From Lingula anatina (Eukaryota > Animalia > Brachiopoda), in NCBI GenBank assembly GCA_051362555.1, contig CM120641.1, forward strand, positions 4,402,001 to 4,466,000: DNA of 64,000 bases. Direction: 5' to 3'. Made by a program: the position numbers and the translations under genes. Of this stretch, positions 1 through 13,344 are shown piece by piece (positions within the stretch are counted from its first letter, which is position 1; each line of letters begins with the position of its first letter). Below the pieces are notes generated by a model. The model saw nothing but the letters and a program-made list of their open reading frames with translations. It was not told where the DNA came from and did no database searches.

Positions 1-578
1 AATTGTCTTATTATTAATACCAGAAAAATGTTTTATTTTATTTATTTATTTTTATTTTTTTTGCATATTTAGAAAACATATTTGATACGTGTCACAAAGT
101 ACTTAAAAAAAACAACTAAAAATGAGAAATCTTAAAAAATTTCAATGTTGAAACAAGTAAATATTATGTAATATGTGAGGAAATATAGTGCCATTATCTC
201 AGGTATTGTGCAGTTACCCAAAATATTGCTTCTAATGACCATTTGTGTTTGTGCTCGTCTTTGGTTTATGTAATCGTTGTGATCAATTTTTCTTGTAATT
301 GTTGGTGGTAGTATTTACAGTTGTAAGAATTATGTCCTTTTGACACCCTTTTACCAATAAAATGTCAAGAATATGTGGATATATTTTAAAGTGCATCATT
401 TTTACCTTATCCTGTCACTATTAACTGCATGACAACCTGTTAGATAATGTGTGCATGGGCAAAGAATCCCACGATGTACTTGTGTTCCTATTGTCTCTTA
501 CCTAACATCCATGATTCACAATAATTAGATGGCCACATTAAACAGTAACTGTTATATCACTTTGTCTTCACCTTCCAG

Positions 579-3500
579 GAATGCCTCCACCAAGGTTTGT
601 CATCCTGAGTGCCACTGAGGTAGAAATCCACTGGGAAATGCCAGCCAACCCTAATGGCATCATCACCCAGTTCCGTCTGATCAGAAACCCTGTGGGTGCC
701 ATCTTTTCTGGGGCCAACACTACTAGAATGTACATCAACCGTGGTCTCACCCCAGGAACGAGCTACAGCTATGTTGTCCAAGTTGTCTCCAAGGCAGGTT
801 CTGTATTCAGTGAGGCACGTGATGTGACAATACCATCTATCACCCCAGCTGGTATCCCACCACCGAAAAATGCCACTGCCTTGAGCGACTCACAGATTTA
901 TGTTGCCTGGGACCCTCCTGCTCAGCCAAATGGTATGATAGATCAGTACAAAGTGTTGCTGAATGGAGGCTCACAAAATGAGATGGAGACTGGCGTTGGA
1001 CTTGACTTTAGTGCCACATTCGCATACTTGGAGCCATTCACACTGTACAATGTTCGCATCAGAGCATGTATCAGAAATATTGAAAATAGCTGTGGCACTG
1101 GTCCTGGAGTGAATGTACGTACCTTTGAGGCTCCGCCTCAGGGGCAGCTTCCACCTGGCCTGGTGGCTAATGGAGCCAGTGTGGTTACTGTAGCATGGGA
1201 CCCTCCAGCCAGTCCTAACGGTATCATCACAGAATACAGAATACACAGGAGAGAGTTTGGCACAACAGTCGAGTTGTTGATCAATGTTCTCAACAATGCC
1301 ACATTCACTTTCAGAAATGCTGGCCCTGACCTCAAACCATTTACAGTATATGAGTACAAAGTTACTGTAGCTAATTCTAAAGGTACCGCAGTCAGCCCAT
1401 GGGCTAGTGTTCGCACACTTGAGGCGGCTCCACAGAATCTGGCTGCCCCAGTTCTTTCAACCAACAGTGCTTATTCCCTCCAGGTGTCATGGTCTCCTCC
1501 AGTGAAACCAAATGGTGTAATCACAAGGTACAAGATAGAGTACAGAGCAGTCCCCTTGGACCCTACTGTCACCACACCAGTTCTTCATGTCACAGTGAAT
1601 GGAGACATAACTCAGACCAGCTTCAGTGGACTTGAACCATACTCACAGTATGCTGTACGTGTAGTTGCTAACAATTCAGTAGGTGGCATTGTGAGCACTT
1701 GGCAGATGGCAACAACAATGGAATCCAGCCCATCTGATGTTGGCAACTTCACTGTTGAAAAGGTACCAAATGGACGCTCCGTGATTTTAAGATGGGAGGA
1801 ACCTGGAAAACCCAATGGGCGCATCACAGGATACAGTATATATGAGTATGGAGAGTATGTCAATGCAATATACACTGGTCTAACCAGATACTTTGAGTTC
1901 CGCAGGTTGTCTCCATACACAGAATATGCTGTACACTTGGAGGCGTGTACAAGTGTAGGGTGCGCCAGGTCACCTGCACAGCATTTCTTTACAGCAGAAA
2001 TTGCCCCTTCAGACCAGGCTCCACCCACTATGGGAGGAGCCAATGCCACCCATGTCAGGTTGTTATGGAAACCACCTGTCAATGCCAATGGAAGGATCCA
2101 AAAGTATGAGGTAATCAGAAGGACTGTGGGTGTGATTACCAAGCGTGCTGTCTCGGATCCTCTGGTTGTGTATTCTACCAATAAATCAGCAGACTCTTAT
2201 GAATATGTGGACTCTGGCCTCCGACCTTACACACAGTATGAGTACAAAATCAGAGCTACCAATTCTAAAGGATCTGTTGAAAGCAGCTGGCTAACTGTAA
2301 GCACAGATCAGTCCTCTCCTGAAGGTTTGGCACCCCCAACAGTGGAGTATGTCAGTGGCAGTGCAGATAGGTTGCAGATTAGATGGACAACACCTTCAAC
2401 AGCTAATGGCATCATACAAAGCTACCAGTTACAACGTAATGGAAGCACACCGTGGAGCTTTTCGGCTGATGATACCAAGGAGTATGTGGATAGCAATCTG
2501 AATGCCTTTACCACCTACAGTTATACCATTACTGCCTGCACTGCTGGTGGCTGTACCACAAGTCAGCCAACTTATACACGCACTAGGGAGACAGCTCCAC
2601 TGTTTGTAAACCCTCCCAGTGTCAGAACAGTCAGTTCTACCAGTTTGGAACTCGCATGGGTCACCCCACAGATTACCAATGGTGAGATTCTGTCCTATCA
2701 ACTCAAGATGGATGGAGTGGTTATCTACTCTGGAATCCAACTGAGACATGTGGCTGAGAACCTAGTGTCATACAGAGAGTATCGCTTTGTGATAACGGCA
2801 TGCACAGGAGGTGGTTGCACTGACAGCGCTTCCGTGGTCGGTCGTCCTTCTGAAGATGTACCTCGAATCATGCGAGCACCGACCCTGAATGTGCTCAGTT
2901 CCAATGCCATTGAGATAAGGTGGCAGGAACCGGACCAACCAAATGGGGTCATCACAGCCTACGAGTTACGTAGAGACAGTAAGTTAGTTTACTCTGGCCC
3001 AAGTACTTCCTACTCTGACTACGGTTTATTGCCAGGGGTGGAGTATGCATATGTTGTCACTGCAATAAACAACCAAGGTAGTGTGAGCAGCCCAGAGGTG
3101 AAGGCCACCACATACTCCTCCTCACCAGAGGGCCTCTTACCCCCAGTTCTCACTCCAGAATCCTCCTCAGAGATTCAGGCAACATGGCAAGCACCTGCTC
3201 AACCCAATGGAAACATCTACAACTACACGCTGTACAAGGATGATGAGGTGGTGTATTCAGGTACCCAGTTCAGCTTCAAGGTGACTGGTCTGCAATACTG
3301 GACAACCTACTCTTTCAGAATTCAGTCTTGTACAAACTCCGGCTGTGCAACAAGTACAGCTAGTAGAGCACGGACCTTGGAGGGCCCACCCTTGGGGCAG
3401 AATCCCCCCACTATGCTGCCCCTGGCTGATGGTTCAGGAAAACATGTTGGTGTGAGGGCGGAGTGGTTGCCACCATCTCGTCCCAATGGTGTGATCACTA

Positions 3501-6500
3501 TGTATGCTCTGTATAGGAGGACAGTGACCAGAGATGAAGCAGGTAAATGTTCAGGTCATATCTGCTGTGATACATGCTGCAATATATATAGTGTGCATAA
3601 ATACTGCTGTGATACATACTGCTGCAATACATACCAGTGATCTAAGCACTGAAAAAGTGAAAAAAAAAACTGCACCTGACACAGGTATATTATACATTTT
3701 TAATACAAATTTATCTTTAATAGTAGAGATATGTCTGTGTGGCTGGCTTATATTGTATTGAGTTATATTACGTACATTGCATGATGATGTACATGTATTA
3801 ATACGTGATTTTATAATCATCTCCATCTGTGTCCTGGCAGGGCGTTCCTCCTATGGTGCCCCAGTTCTGCTGTATAATGGCACAGCTCTGCTGTATGAGG
3901 ACCGTGACCTGAGTGCCCTCCTGGCGTACACTGAGTACCAGTACATGGTGACCGCCTTCAACTCCGCAGACAGAGTCAGCAGCATGTGGCAGACTGTGAC
4001 CACATTTGAGGCTCCCCCTGAAGGGGTACCACCTCCCAGAGTGCAGGTAAATATCACTGGAGTAGTTTGTGGTCCCTTAGAAGATGAGGAGACCACTTTT
4101 GTTTTCTTTTTTCTTCTGAACAACCTTTCCTTTGTGATAAATTTTAATAGTATTGTATTTGGGTAAGAAATGTATGTTACCCTTGTAAATAAATGTTCAG
4201 GTTTAGAAATATGCTGGATGGGAGGCAGAGGTACAATACATACAAGAAGGTTATTTGTTTACTGCCCATGGTGCTCATCTAGATGCTGACTGAAGGAAAA
4301 ATAAGAAGGCATATTTTTCTTATCAGCTACTGTACAGACTATGCCTAGCATAAATCCTAATTGCTTAGTGTATTACTAAATGTAAATTGCAGGATGTAAC
4401 AGCCACTAGTGTGAGAGTAGAGATTTTGAAGCCTTCAAAGCCCAATGCGCTGGTCAACAGCCTCAGCTATAATGTCATAGTTGATGATACAGTGGTAAGA
4501 TTTCATGTGACGTTCTGCTAACTGACTCAATAAATTTACTTACCTGTGATGCCAGTCTCATGTTTGTGAGAAAGATGCACTCCACTGCTGTGCTTAATAG
4601 TCATTGTCCAACACTATCCAACATAAAACAGTTATATGCTGACACAGTAGTTTTAAGAAAAATGTAATTTCAGATAATCTGGATTTCAATTCGCCCTTGA
4701 TAGTGTTGATTTTATGTTTTGAAAGTTATACAATCATGTTATCTTCAGATTGCTAATTCAATATCTGTTAGATGGTGTTTTTCTTCTGAAAAGAAGTTTT
4801 GATGTTTCTTTCATTATCCTTTTAAGGTCACCAGAAGTACATTCCTTGTCCAAGAGGTGACAGGTTTGCAGCCTTACACAACCTATGCCATCCGTGTAGA
4901 GGCCTGTACCTCTGCAGGCTGCACTACCAGTAATGCCACCTATGTTAGAACACTACAAGCACCACCCACTGGGCTGGCTCCACCCATTGTATCCAGTATA
5001 ACCAATAGAAGTTGTGTTGTCACATGGGCTCCTCCCACTTATCCCAATGGTATACTAGTAAGGTAGGCTAAAACCAGTGTTGTTTAGGTTTAAAAAAAAC
5101 TTACATATAAAGTCTTCTTGATTAAAAGTTGCTGTCACTGTGTTTGTAATATGGGTTGATGATTTATTATTGAACTCGTGATAACATGTTTGATAGGCAT
5201 TACCAACTTATTCTGCTCTAATGATATAATTATTCTTTATATTCATACAATTCCATAGAATAGCATTATGAATTTCAAAATCTTTTCCCTCTCACCTATA
5301 TTTTCAAGTACCATACACATTGTATTGATATACAAAACTTCCATTTCCAGGTTTGAGCTCTCCTACCACCTGTCCTGTCCTCCCCCTTACCAGCCCTTCA
5401 ACACTAGTGGTCTGTGCCAGGCCCAGGGTCCATATACCATCTACTCAGGCCTAGAGCTCCAATACACTGTGCCTAACCTGCAGCCATACACTAACTATGA
5501 GTTCCAGGTCAATGCCTTCAATGAGCTGCCAGGGGGAGTGGCTAACCCAGGCTGGACCAGGATGACCACTCTGGCTGGAGGTAGGGGTTTGTTTGATTGA
5601 TTGACTGATTTGTTAAATGATTGGTTGGTTGATTGATTGATTGATTAGTTGATTGATTGGTTGATTGATGTAAGGGTAATGCTGAGAATATATTTTTCTG
5701 TGTGTACTTTATTTACTGAAATGAAAATCCAAATTTGACCTCTTCTACTTTGATATGGCTCAATGACCTTATATATTGTAACATATACTTGTACCGTACA
5801 AGCTATTGCAGCTGGCATATTGTCACATGAATCACTAAAAAGGAAAAAAAGAACGATATCTAGTATATTGAAACATAGTCAAAATCGTAATCATAGAGTT
5901 TCCTGCATCTCCAGGAAAAGAAGAAACTTTTTCCATTAGCACAAATGCTGTCTTTTAAATGTTTCTCACCATCACATTTTATTATTATTTCTCTTCCAGT
6001 CCCAGAATATTCCACGCCCCCCAGGCTGTCCAAACAGGGCACCACAGTTGTAGTGGACTGGTCAGATAGCTTCCAGCTTAATGGAGAACTGCTGACCTAT
6101 ACTTTGCTGGCAGATGACCGCAAGACATACACTGGATTTGAGACCAGTGCTGCAGTAGAGAGGCAGACCAAAGAACAAAGTGAGTTTGGTGCTACAAATG
6201 CATGCACATACGCACGGACACATGCACACGCACATACACACACACACACACACACATGCATGCACATATACATGCATGCTTTTATGAATAACCTCAATTA
6301 TTCATAACCCAACAAGTTTTCTGACCCCTGATCCCCTTTTTAACTTTCAAGAATTAACAGTGCTGAACTTCTGAAACTCTATGTTGGTGTTAAAAGTGAC
6401 CTAAATTTTGAATTGTTCTTAACCTGTAAATTGTGATGTGTGTCAAATGTTTGTGTTGGGATTCCAATATATCCAAAGCTAGCCCACAATGTGTCAATTT

Positions 6501-8721
6501 TCTAATCACACACAAACGCACACTTGTATATAATATTTATGTGTTTACAGTTATCCAGTTTAAAGTCCGTTGCACAACAAAGATGGGTGTGGCTGAAACT
6601 CCAGTGATAGTATTTGACCCAAGCTCAGCAGATAATGTTGGTAAGTTTTCTGTGCTAGATTGCTGTATAAATAACACAGTATGATATTGCACTCTGTACC
6701 AGAATATTTCATAAGATAACCTGTATAAGTTTTGAAAAGATTTCTTATCTAACTCAGCTGTAGACATAGGAATAACCACTACATGTTTTTTATCCCTTGT
6801 GAAATTTATTATGCAGTAGTCTCTTCCCCAGTAAAATTAAAGGCTTGTGTACTCACAAGCAATATTGTAGCTTTAAACTATCACATACAATGGAAAGGCT
6901 GTTATTGGACATTAATTCTAACATCTGTTCTAACATTATTACAGCACCATCAACAACAACAGGTATATTATTCGTAGACAATTTATTACTTTGCATGTTA
7001 CACAGAAACATTTTCAGAAATATTTTTATTGTGATATGAATATTTTAGGCACCATCTGCAAGTGTATAATTACAATTTTATCAGCACACTATTTGTTAAA
7101 GCATGTATAGATTTGTTGAATTTCACAAAGAAAATTTTTTGTTTACTGACAGTTCATGTAAATGCACAGATTTCTTTTTTATTTTCATTTACATTGAACA
7201 CTTAATTACTGGGTTTTTAATTGTTTGCTTTGATAAACATGTCAAGCCAGTGGAAATATAAAATAGAAAGAAAAGCATGCACATTTTTTATTTTGTTAAA
7301 CAAGATATTATGAGATGAAATGACCAAAACACAGAGATAGATTGCATAACCCAAGTTAAGAATTAGCTTTCTCAGATTCATGGAATATGTACAATTGTGC
7401 AGATTGTAGTCCTACAACTATTTAAACCTACTGTCATTGAAGACAAACAGTCACATCCAGCAATGACTTATTGCCATGAATATTCAGCTATTCAATTTCT
7501 ACAATCCTTGTTCTAACAACAGATGAGAGTTCATGTATAACTTCATTTAATCAACTCTCTAGCTCCTTTTGTTCTCCAGGAACAGTGGCTCCATCTGTTG
7601 CCCCACAGATCCAGCTCCCATTTTATCAGGAAGTGTGGTTCATCGCAGTGATTGCACTGGTGGCATTGCTGCTACTGATGACAGGCATAGCGTGCTGTCT
7701 GCGCTACTCTGGAACCAGAACGCCCTATGTGAGGGAGAGGATGCCTCTGCAGCCCAGACAGAAGAAATATGGCAATCAGATTGGATATTGTGTGGATCCT
7801 TATGATGGAAGCATTATTACCAATGTAAGGAAAGTTATGCTATATTTGAATGATGTGTCTGTATTTTATAATAGTAACTATAGGATTTAATTAAGTTGAA
7901 ATGTAGTATCGTTACACTTTATGCATCTAACACAATTAAATACTGCTTCAGGACATTCCTCAGAGATCTCCCAGTCAGACAGGTAGTGTCAGAGGTCGTG
8001 CACAGAAATACATGTTGGATGACCATGAAGAAGGTTTTGTGAACCCCGCATATTCCACAGCGTCCATGCGCAGCAGGAGTAACAGTTTTGTTGATGTTTC
8101 ATTTGATAAAACGTCGAAGTCGTCAAAATATTTGGATGATGATGATGACCCAATGTGGGATGGACATGTTCATGACAGTGGCTTGGTTAGTATGGCAGTA
8201 AGTATAAGGGGAGGGGCATTTGTTTAATGGGAGATAAGGGAAAGGGATGGTTCACATGTTATATGTGTATATGCATATCAGACCTTATTTGAAACAGTAA
8301 TCACTTTGAATACCAATACTGTGAACTTGGAAGCCCATATGTGGTGTCACGAGCTGGGTTCAGTGGTTTAAGTAAAGGGACGAGGAAATGGATGGTGTGG
8401 GGGGGGGGGGGTTGGAGGATGATTGAGGAGGCAGATATAAAGGGGGATGATCTTTTGATATCTTCATTGGTTAAAATATGAGCCATCCTGTAACCAGCAG
8501 GTGGAATGCCTAATTAAAGATGCCGACTACCAATAATTTATTGTAATTTTTCAAACCATTGGCAAGTACAAATGTCCTATCTTCTTATGGGTATGTCAGA
8601 CTGATAAAGATTTTATTCCTTGCTTTCCCCACAGGGGCAGTTTGATGATGATGACTACGCCTCCAGTCATCCAGTAAGTGTCACCAAGGAGCAGACAGTC
8701 TTCACAGACACTCATTTATAG
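579..8721 (+). CDS. USH2A: Usherin (USH2A), 3' portion: FN3 repeats, transmembrane helix, cytoplasmic tail with PDZ-binding motif; 5' end lies outside the window
   Basis: Frame-consistent GT-AG exons: 579-3542, 3841-4046, 4393-4494, 4827-5062, 5351-5580, 6000-6179, 6551-6640, (6945-6962 possible microexon), 7580-7824, 7952-8185, 8635-8721. Tandem FN3 repeats (W.PP..PNG.I..Y; L.PYT.Y; ACT..GC..S), TM segment FYQEVWFIAVIALVALLLLMTGIACCL, C-terminus VSVTKEQTVFTDTHL*, which matches the known usherin DTHL PDZ ligand. Confidence 0.95.
5594..5668. repeat. (GATT/GGTT)n microsatellite in usherin intron
   Basis: Imperfect ttgattga/ttggttgg tetranucleotide run. Confidence 0.8.
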
Positions 8722-10038
8722 CACTCCTGACTAACATTGTATCCATTTATATCTGATACCTAAAAGAACACTTATGGCGGCCATATTGTCTCAAGTTCTG
8801 TGCCTGTTTGGTGCTGACATCTGTAGGATTTTAGGAGCCAATAATAGCTGAAACGTCACATGCTAAATAGGCTAGCCCAGTGACAAATACAGTGACAGGG
8901 TTTTCAGCCACGTGTAATCTGAAGTGAATGTGTACAAGACTGGTGCTGTTGAAACTTGGGATCAGGGAACACCAGTCAAATGCCATGAGATTGCTTTTAC
9001 TGTGAAACCTACCATACAAAGAGATTTGTTATTATTACGATTGCTCTATACAAAAGGGTATATAAAACAAGGATATTAAAAATTTTTTTTATATTTTTAC
9101 TCTAGGGAACATTAAGTACAAAGAGATTTATGTGTGTAACCCTTTTTTAAATCTCTTTTTGATGAGATAAATTTTTGTGACATATGGATCTTCACAATAT
9201 TTTGTTGACCTGTCCATTCTTTATATTTATTCATTTAGTTGAAAACTTTGCTAGTCTTTAACCGTCCACATATTATGTATTAAGCAAATATGCATTCTTA
9301 GTAACTTACAGCAATCTTTTAAGTGTTTACATTTTGAAGATATATTTTATATTAAAAACAGCTTCTTAAAGACCAAATATTATTAATATTTTTCGTGTTT
9401 TATGCATCATTTATGCACTGCTGAGCCAGAAACTCATTCCCTCCTCACCACTGTATTTACCGTCCACAAATATATTTTATAAGCATTTAAATGTAGGAAA
9501 CATAAGATCTGTTTGCAACCCATGCCTGTGATGGGAATGTTTGTAGGTTCTTTTATGTGGAATTTTTTTTTTATTTAAGAAGTCCACAATATTATATAAA
9601 TTTAATATCTTATTTTTAACTTTACACCTATACTGGTTGTATGTAGCCTAGCTGAATAATGCAAGCTTGCCAATGCATTTACCAAGCCCATTTAAACTGG
9701 TCACAATTATAAAGCATGCGCATATTCATAGTTACCAAAGATTGTTTGTATGTTAATGATTGAATTATGTAAGTTTTGTTTTTGCTATACATTGGTAGAT
9801 GCCCAGCTACTGTTTGTTGCTTTTTTACATTCCACAATATTGGTTGTGCTGGCCATATACTTCAGAGTTAGTGAGCATAGATTGAACATATATTTATGTA
9901 TGTTTTCTTGTTATATAAGACAATGTATTCCAGGTTGCTTTTAGTAGCTTCTTATACATTCCAGATAAACTAAGTCAAGTTGTCATCTGATTTTTTTTTT
10001 AATGTTTGATGATGGTATGCAGTTTTAAATCTTTAAAA

Positions 10039-10040
<2 letters not shown>

Positions 10041-10075
<35 letters not shown>
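10041..10075. repeat. (CA)n microsatellite
   Basis: Perfect CA run between the usherin and zinc-finger 3' ends. Confidence 0.95.
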
Positions 10076-10078
<3 letters not shown>

Positions 10079-10828
10079 TGCACACTTATGAAATCTCACA
10101 CTTAAGAAGCTAGCTTAGTGAAGAAGCATATACAATAGAGTGAGCTTTTGTGTGATACTATAACATTATAAAGAGTTGCAAATATTAATCATTTGTGCAG
10201 CTAAATAATCATTGTGGATTTGAGATGAAATTTAATTAATTTTGTAATACATGCTCAATCTTATTCTAATTCTTGTAGAGCTCTAATCAAAACAGCAACT
10301 AATGATTTTTTTCTATGCACTTATTACAGTCTAAAGGATACTCTTACAAAAACCTTTTTAGATGCATGTTCTTGATGAAATTAATTTGTACTCAGTCAAT
10401 ATTTCAGAAATTAGCAATTATGCCTGACTAAATGTTCAGGGTAACTTCAATTTCTCACATTTTCTATTAGTCAAGCAATGTACATGCTGTAAAGATAAAG
10501 ACATCTTGAAAGAGTAAATTATTGAATCAAGCCAGGAGTTTGTTTAATTGTCATATAGCAATTTTTATTGCTATGGAATATTTGAGTCTGAAGTCTTTAC
10601 TATTTTCTTTAATCTTATCGTCAACCAACCCCTGGTCTTTCTCTTTCTCTCTCTCTTTCTCTCAGTTATTTAATTAAATTTTTTTTTCTTTTAAAAAATT
10701 AATAGTTTTTGGTAAATATACAAAACTTTCAACATATTGCAAAGTTTTTGGCAACAAAATTTCATTACAAGTCTCTTTAGTTGAGTTTTAAGATGATCTT
10801 TTATTCAACAGTGCAATCACACTAGTGT

Positions 10829-13344
10829 TTATTTGACATTTTTCCCACCATGTATTTTTTCGTGTCTACCACAGTCACTTTTTCTAGCAAATTTCTTACC
10901 ACAGGACTTACATGTATATGGCTTTTCTCCAGTGTGAATTCTCTCATGTTTCACCAAAGTGCTACTCTGCGTGAAAGCTTGTCCACAAAAATGACACTGA
11001 AATGGTTTATCATTTGTGTGAATTCGCTCATGTCTTGCACAAATTTTCTTCTGCGTGAATGTCATTTTACAAAAATGGCATGCAAATGGTTTTTCTCCAG
11101 TGTGAAGTCTTTCGTGAAACACAAGATCCATTCTCTGCACAAATCCATTGCCACAGTATTGGCATGTGAATGGTTTGTTTAAAGTATGAATTTTTTCATG
11201 TTTGACACAAGAACTTCTATCAGAAAATGCCTTTTCACAGACACTACATTTAAAAGGTTTTTCACCCGTGTGAATTCTTATGTGTCTAATGCTGTCACAT
11301 CGATGTGCAAATGCCTTTCCACAGAACTCACACTTGTACAACTTGTCATTCTTGGGGCGTTCCTGATGTTTGCTTGTTGGAACTTTCTGGGCCTCACCAA
11401 GTATAACAGGACTACCCGATTCCAACTTGTTGCAGCAGTTTTCATTTTCTGTGATGAGAAAAACATCTTTTTTACTTTCAGTGTCTACTCCAATAGTGGT
11501 TTGTTTAACTGAAGTATTGGTTTGAAATGAACTTTTATCTGCCACTATGGGGTGCTCTCTTTGTGCAATATGCAGATCAACCTCTATGTAATTTTTACTG
11601 GAAACTGAAGCATGTCCATTATCAGCCGTCAATGAAAAGTTTCCATCTTGAAATTTAACAATATTTTGAACTGGTTTTAAACAAGTGTCAGTAGAATTTA
11701 CAATCAGTCCATTATCAGCTGTGGCTTGAAAGTGTCCTTCCTGTATTCTGTGGCCAGTTTCTGCATGAATCTCACAGAAGTTGGAGGTCTCTCTTTTTTC
11801 AACCACATCCCCAGGGTTGACTTGTTTCACAACGGATGTCATCTCAGCTGTAGATTTAATAAATGACTTTGGAAAATTTTTATCTTGTTTTGCATCACCA
11901 TTATTCTGGCCTACCACGGTATTAACTGCATTTGCTTGAATATCAGGTAAACTTGAAAGATTGGACTGTTTATTTTGTACTTTGCGAGCATGTATTCGTT
12001 CATGCCTTCCACAGTCACTATTCGAAGCAAATTTCCGTCCACAATACTTACAGGTATATGGCTTTTCTCCAGTATGAATTCTTTCATGTTTCACCAAAGT
12101 GCTACTCTGTGTGAATCCCTGGCCACAATAATGACACTGAAATGGTCTTTCATTAGTGTGAATCCTTTCATGTCTCTCCAAAGTTTTCTTCTGTGTGAAA
12201 ATCATTTTACAAAAATGACAGTCAAAAAGTTTTTCTCCAGTGTGGATTCTTTCATGCAGCACCAGATCCCATCTCTGTATGAACCCATTCCCACAGAACT
12301 GACAAATAAATGGCCTATCATAATTATGAAGTCTTTCATGTCTGACGCAAGCAGCTTTCTGGGTAAATGCCTTTTTACAGACTCGACACAGGAAGGGTCT
12401 TTCGCCAGTGTGTACTCTTTCATGCTTGATATTATCACTTTTCCTTGAAAATACCTTGGTACAATATTTGCACTTGTGTAAAGTTTTACCCTTGGGTGAA
12501 TTTGGTTGTTTGGCTATTACACTGAGACAACTCAAATCTGAGGCACTGGAATTACTTTTGTTTTCTTCTTTGAAATTATGTGCATCTATACTTTTGGAAT
12601 CACCATCTTCAGGGGCCTCATCATCGTCATACATGGATGATGATTCACTCTTCTTGTGTTTGTTACAATGAGGGGATATTTCCTCTTGTATCTGGTTATT
12701 GTGTGGAACCTGTTCATCATAACCAAGTGTATATTCCTTTGTCATAACCCGAGTCATAAGGAGATTAACAATTCTGGAATAGAAAAATCAGATTAAAATA
12801 TATCAGTCATGCACAGTAAAAGAACTGTGTTCAGATATTACTAATTAAAATATTTACAAAAATCTAAAATTCAAGAAATTTGCATTTATTTAGCATTTAA
12901 TATTACAAAATGACTCAAATATGTTGATTTTTCAGCACTTAGGCACTTCAATTTTGGGATTTTACAGAATTGTTAGAAATCACTAAGACAAAACTCATGG
13001 ATCTTAAACGATCAACTGTCTTTTAAAAATGCAAAATTATGCTGTGCAGATCAGCAGCAAAATCAGAAAATAGTAATATTATTATGATGACAATCATGCA
13101 TAATTATAATAAATAAATGAATACAGTGCTCTGGCAGACACAAATTTCATTCTTTTCTTTAAAACCTGTTCACAGCTGCTTACTTCAGCAAAAGAAAATT
13201 ATTTACAGTACATGTATATATCCAATATTGCTTTCTTCATTTCCATTTCTTCTTTACAAATGAGATAAAAGCAGAGTAAGAAGAGATTAATTAAAATAAA
13301 ATACTAATTTACCTATTTAATTTATCAGGTTTTGGTGCAGACAT
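10829..13344 (-). CDS. C2H2 zinc-finger protein, 12 fingers in two 6-finger arrays
   Basis: Main exon 12773-10829 with CxxC-x12-HxxxH fingers and TGEKP-type linkers. An upstream exon (ATG at 13344 to donor at 13313) splices in frame to give MSAPKPDKLNR|IVNLLMTRV. A probable non-coding first exon has its donor at ~13593. Confidence 0.9.

Noticed and set aside
557-2955. Multiple minus-strand ORFs over the usherin exon
   Set aside because: Antisense shadows of a long coding exon with no recognisable motifs.
3543-3640. Cys-rich C-terminus (CCDTCCN...CCDTYCCN) of the 1019-aa ORF
   Set aside because: Intron read-through after the donor at 3542/3543. It derives from a short tandem duplication (ctgctgtgatacat).
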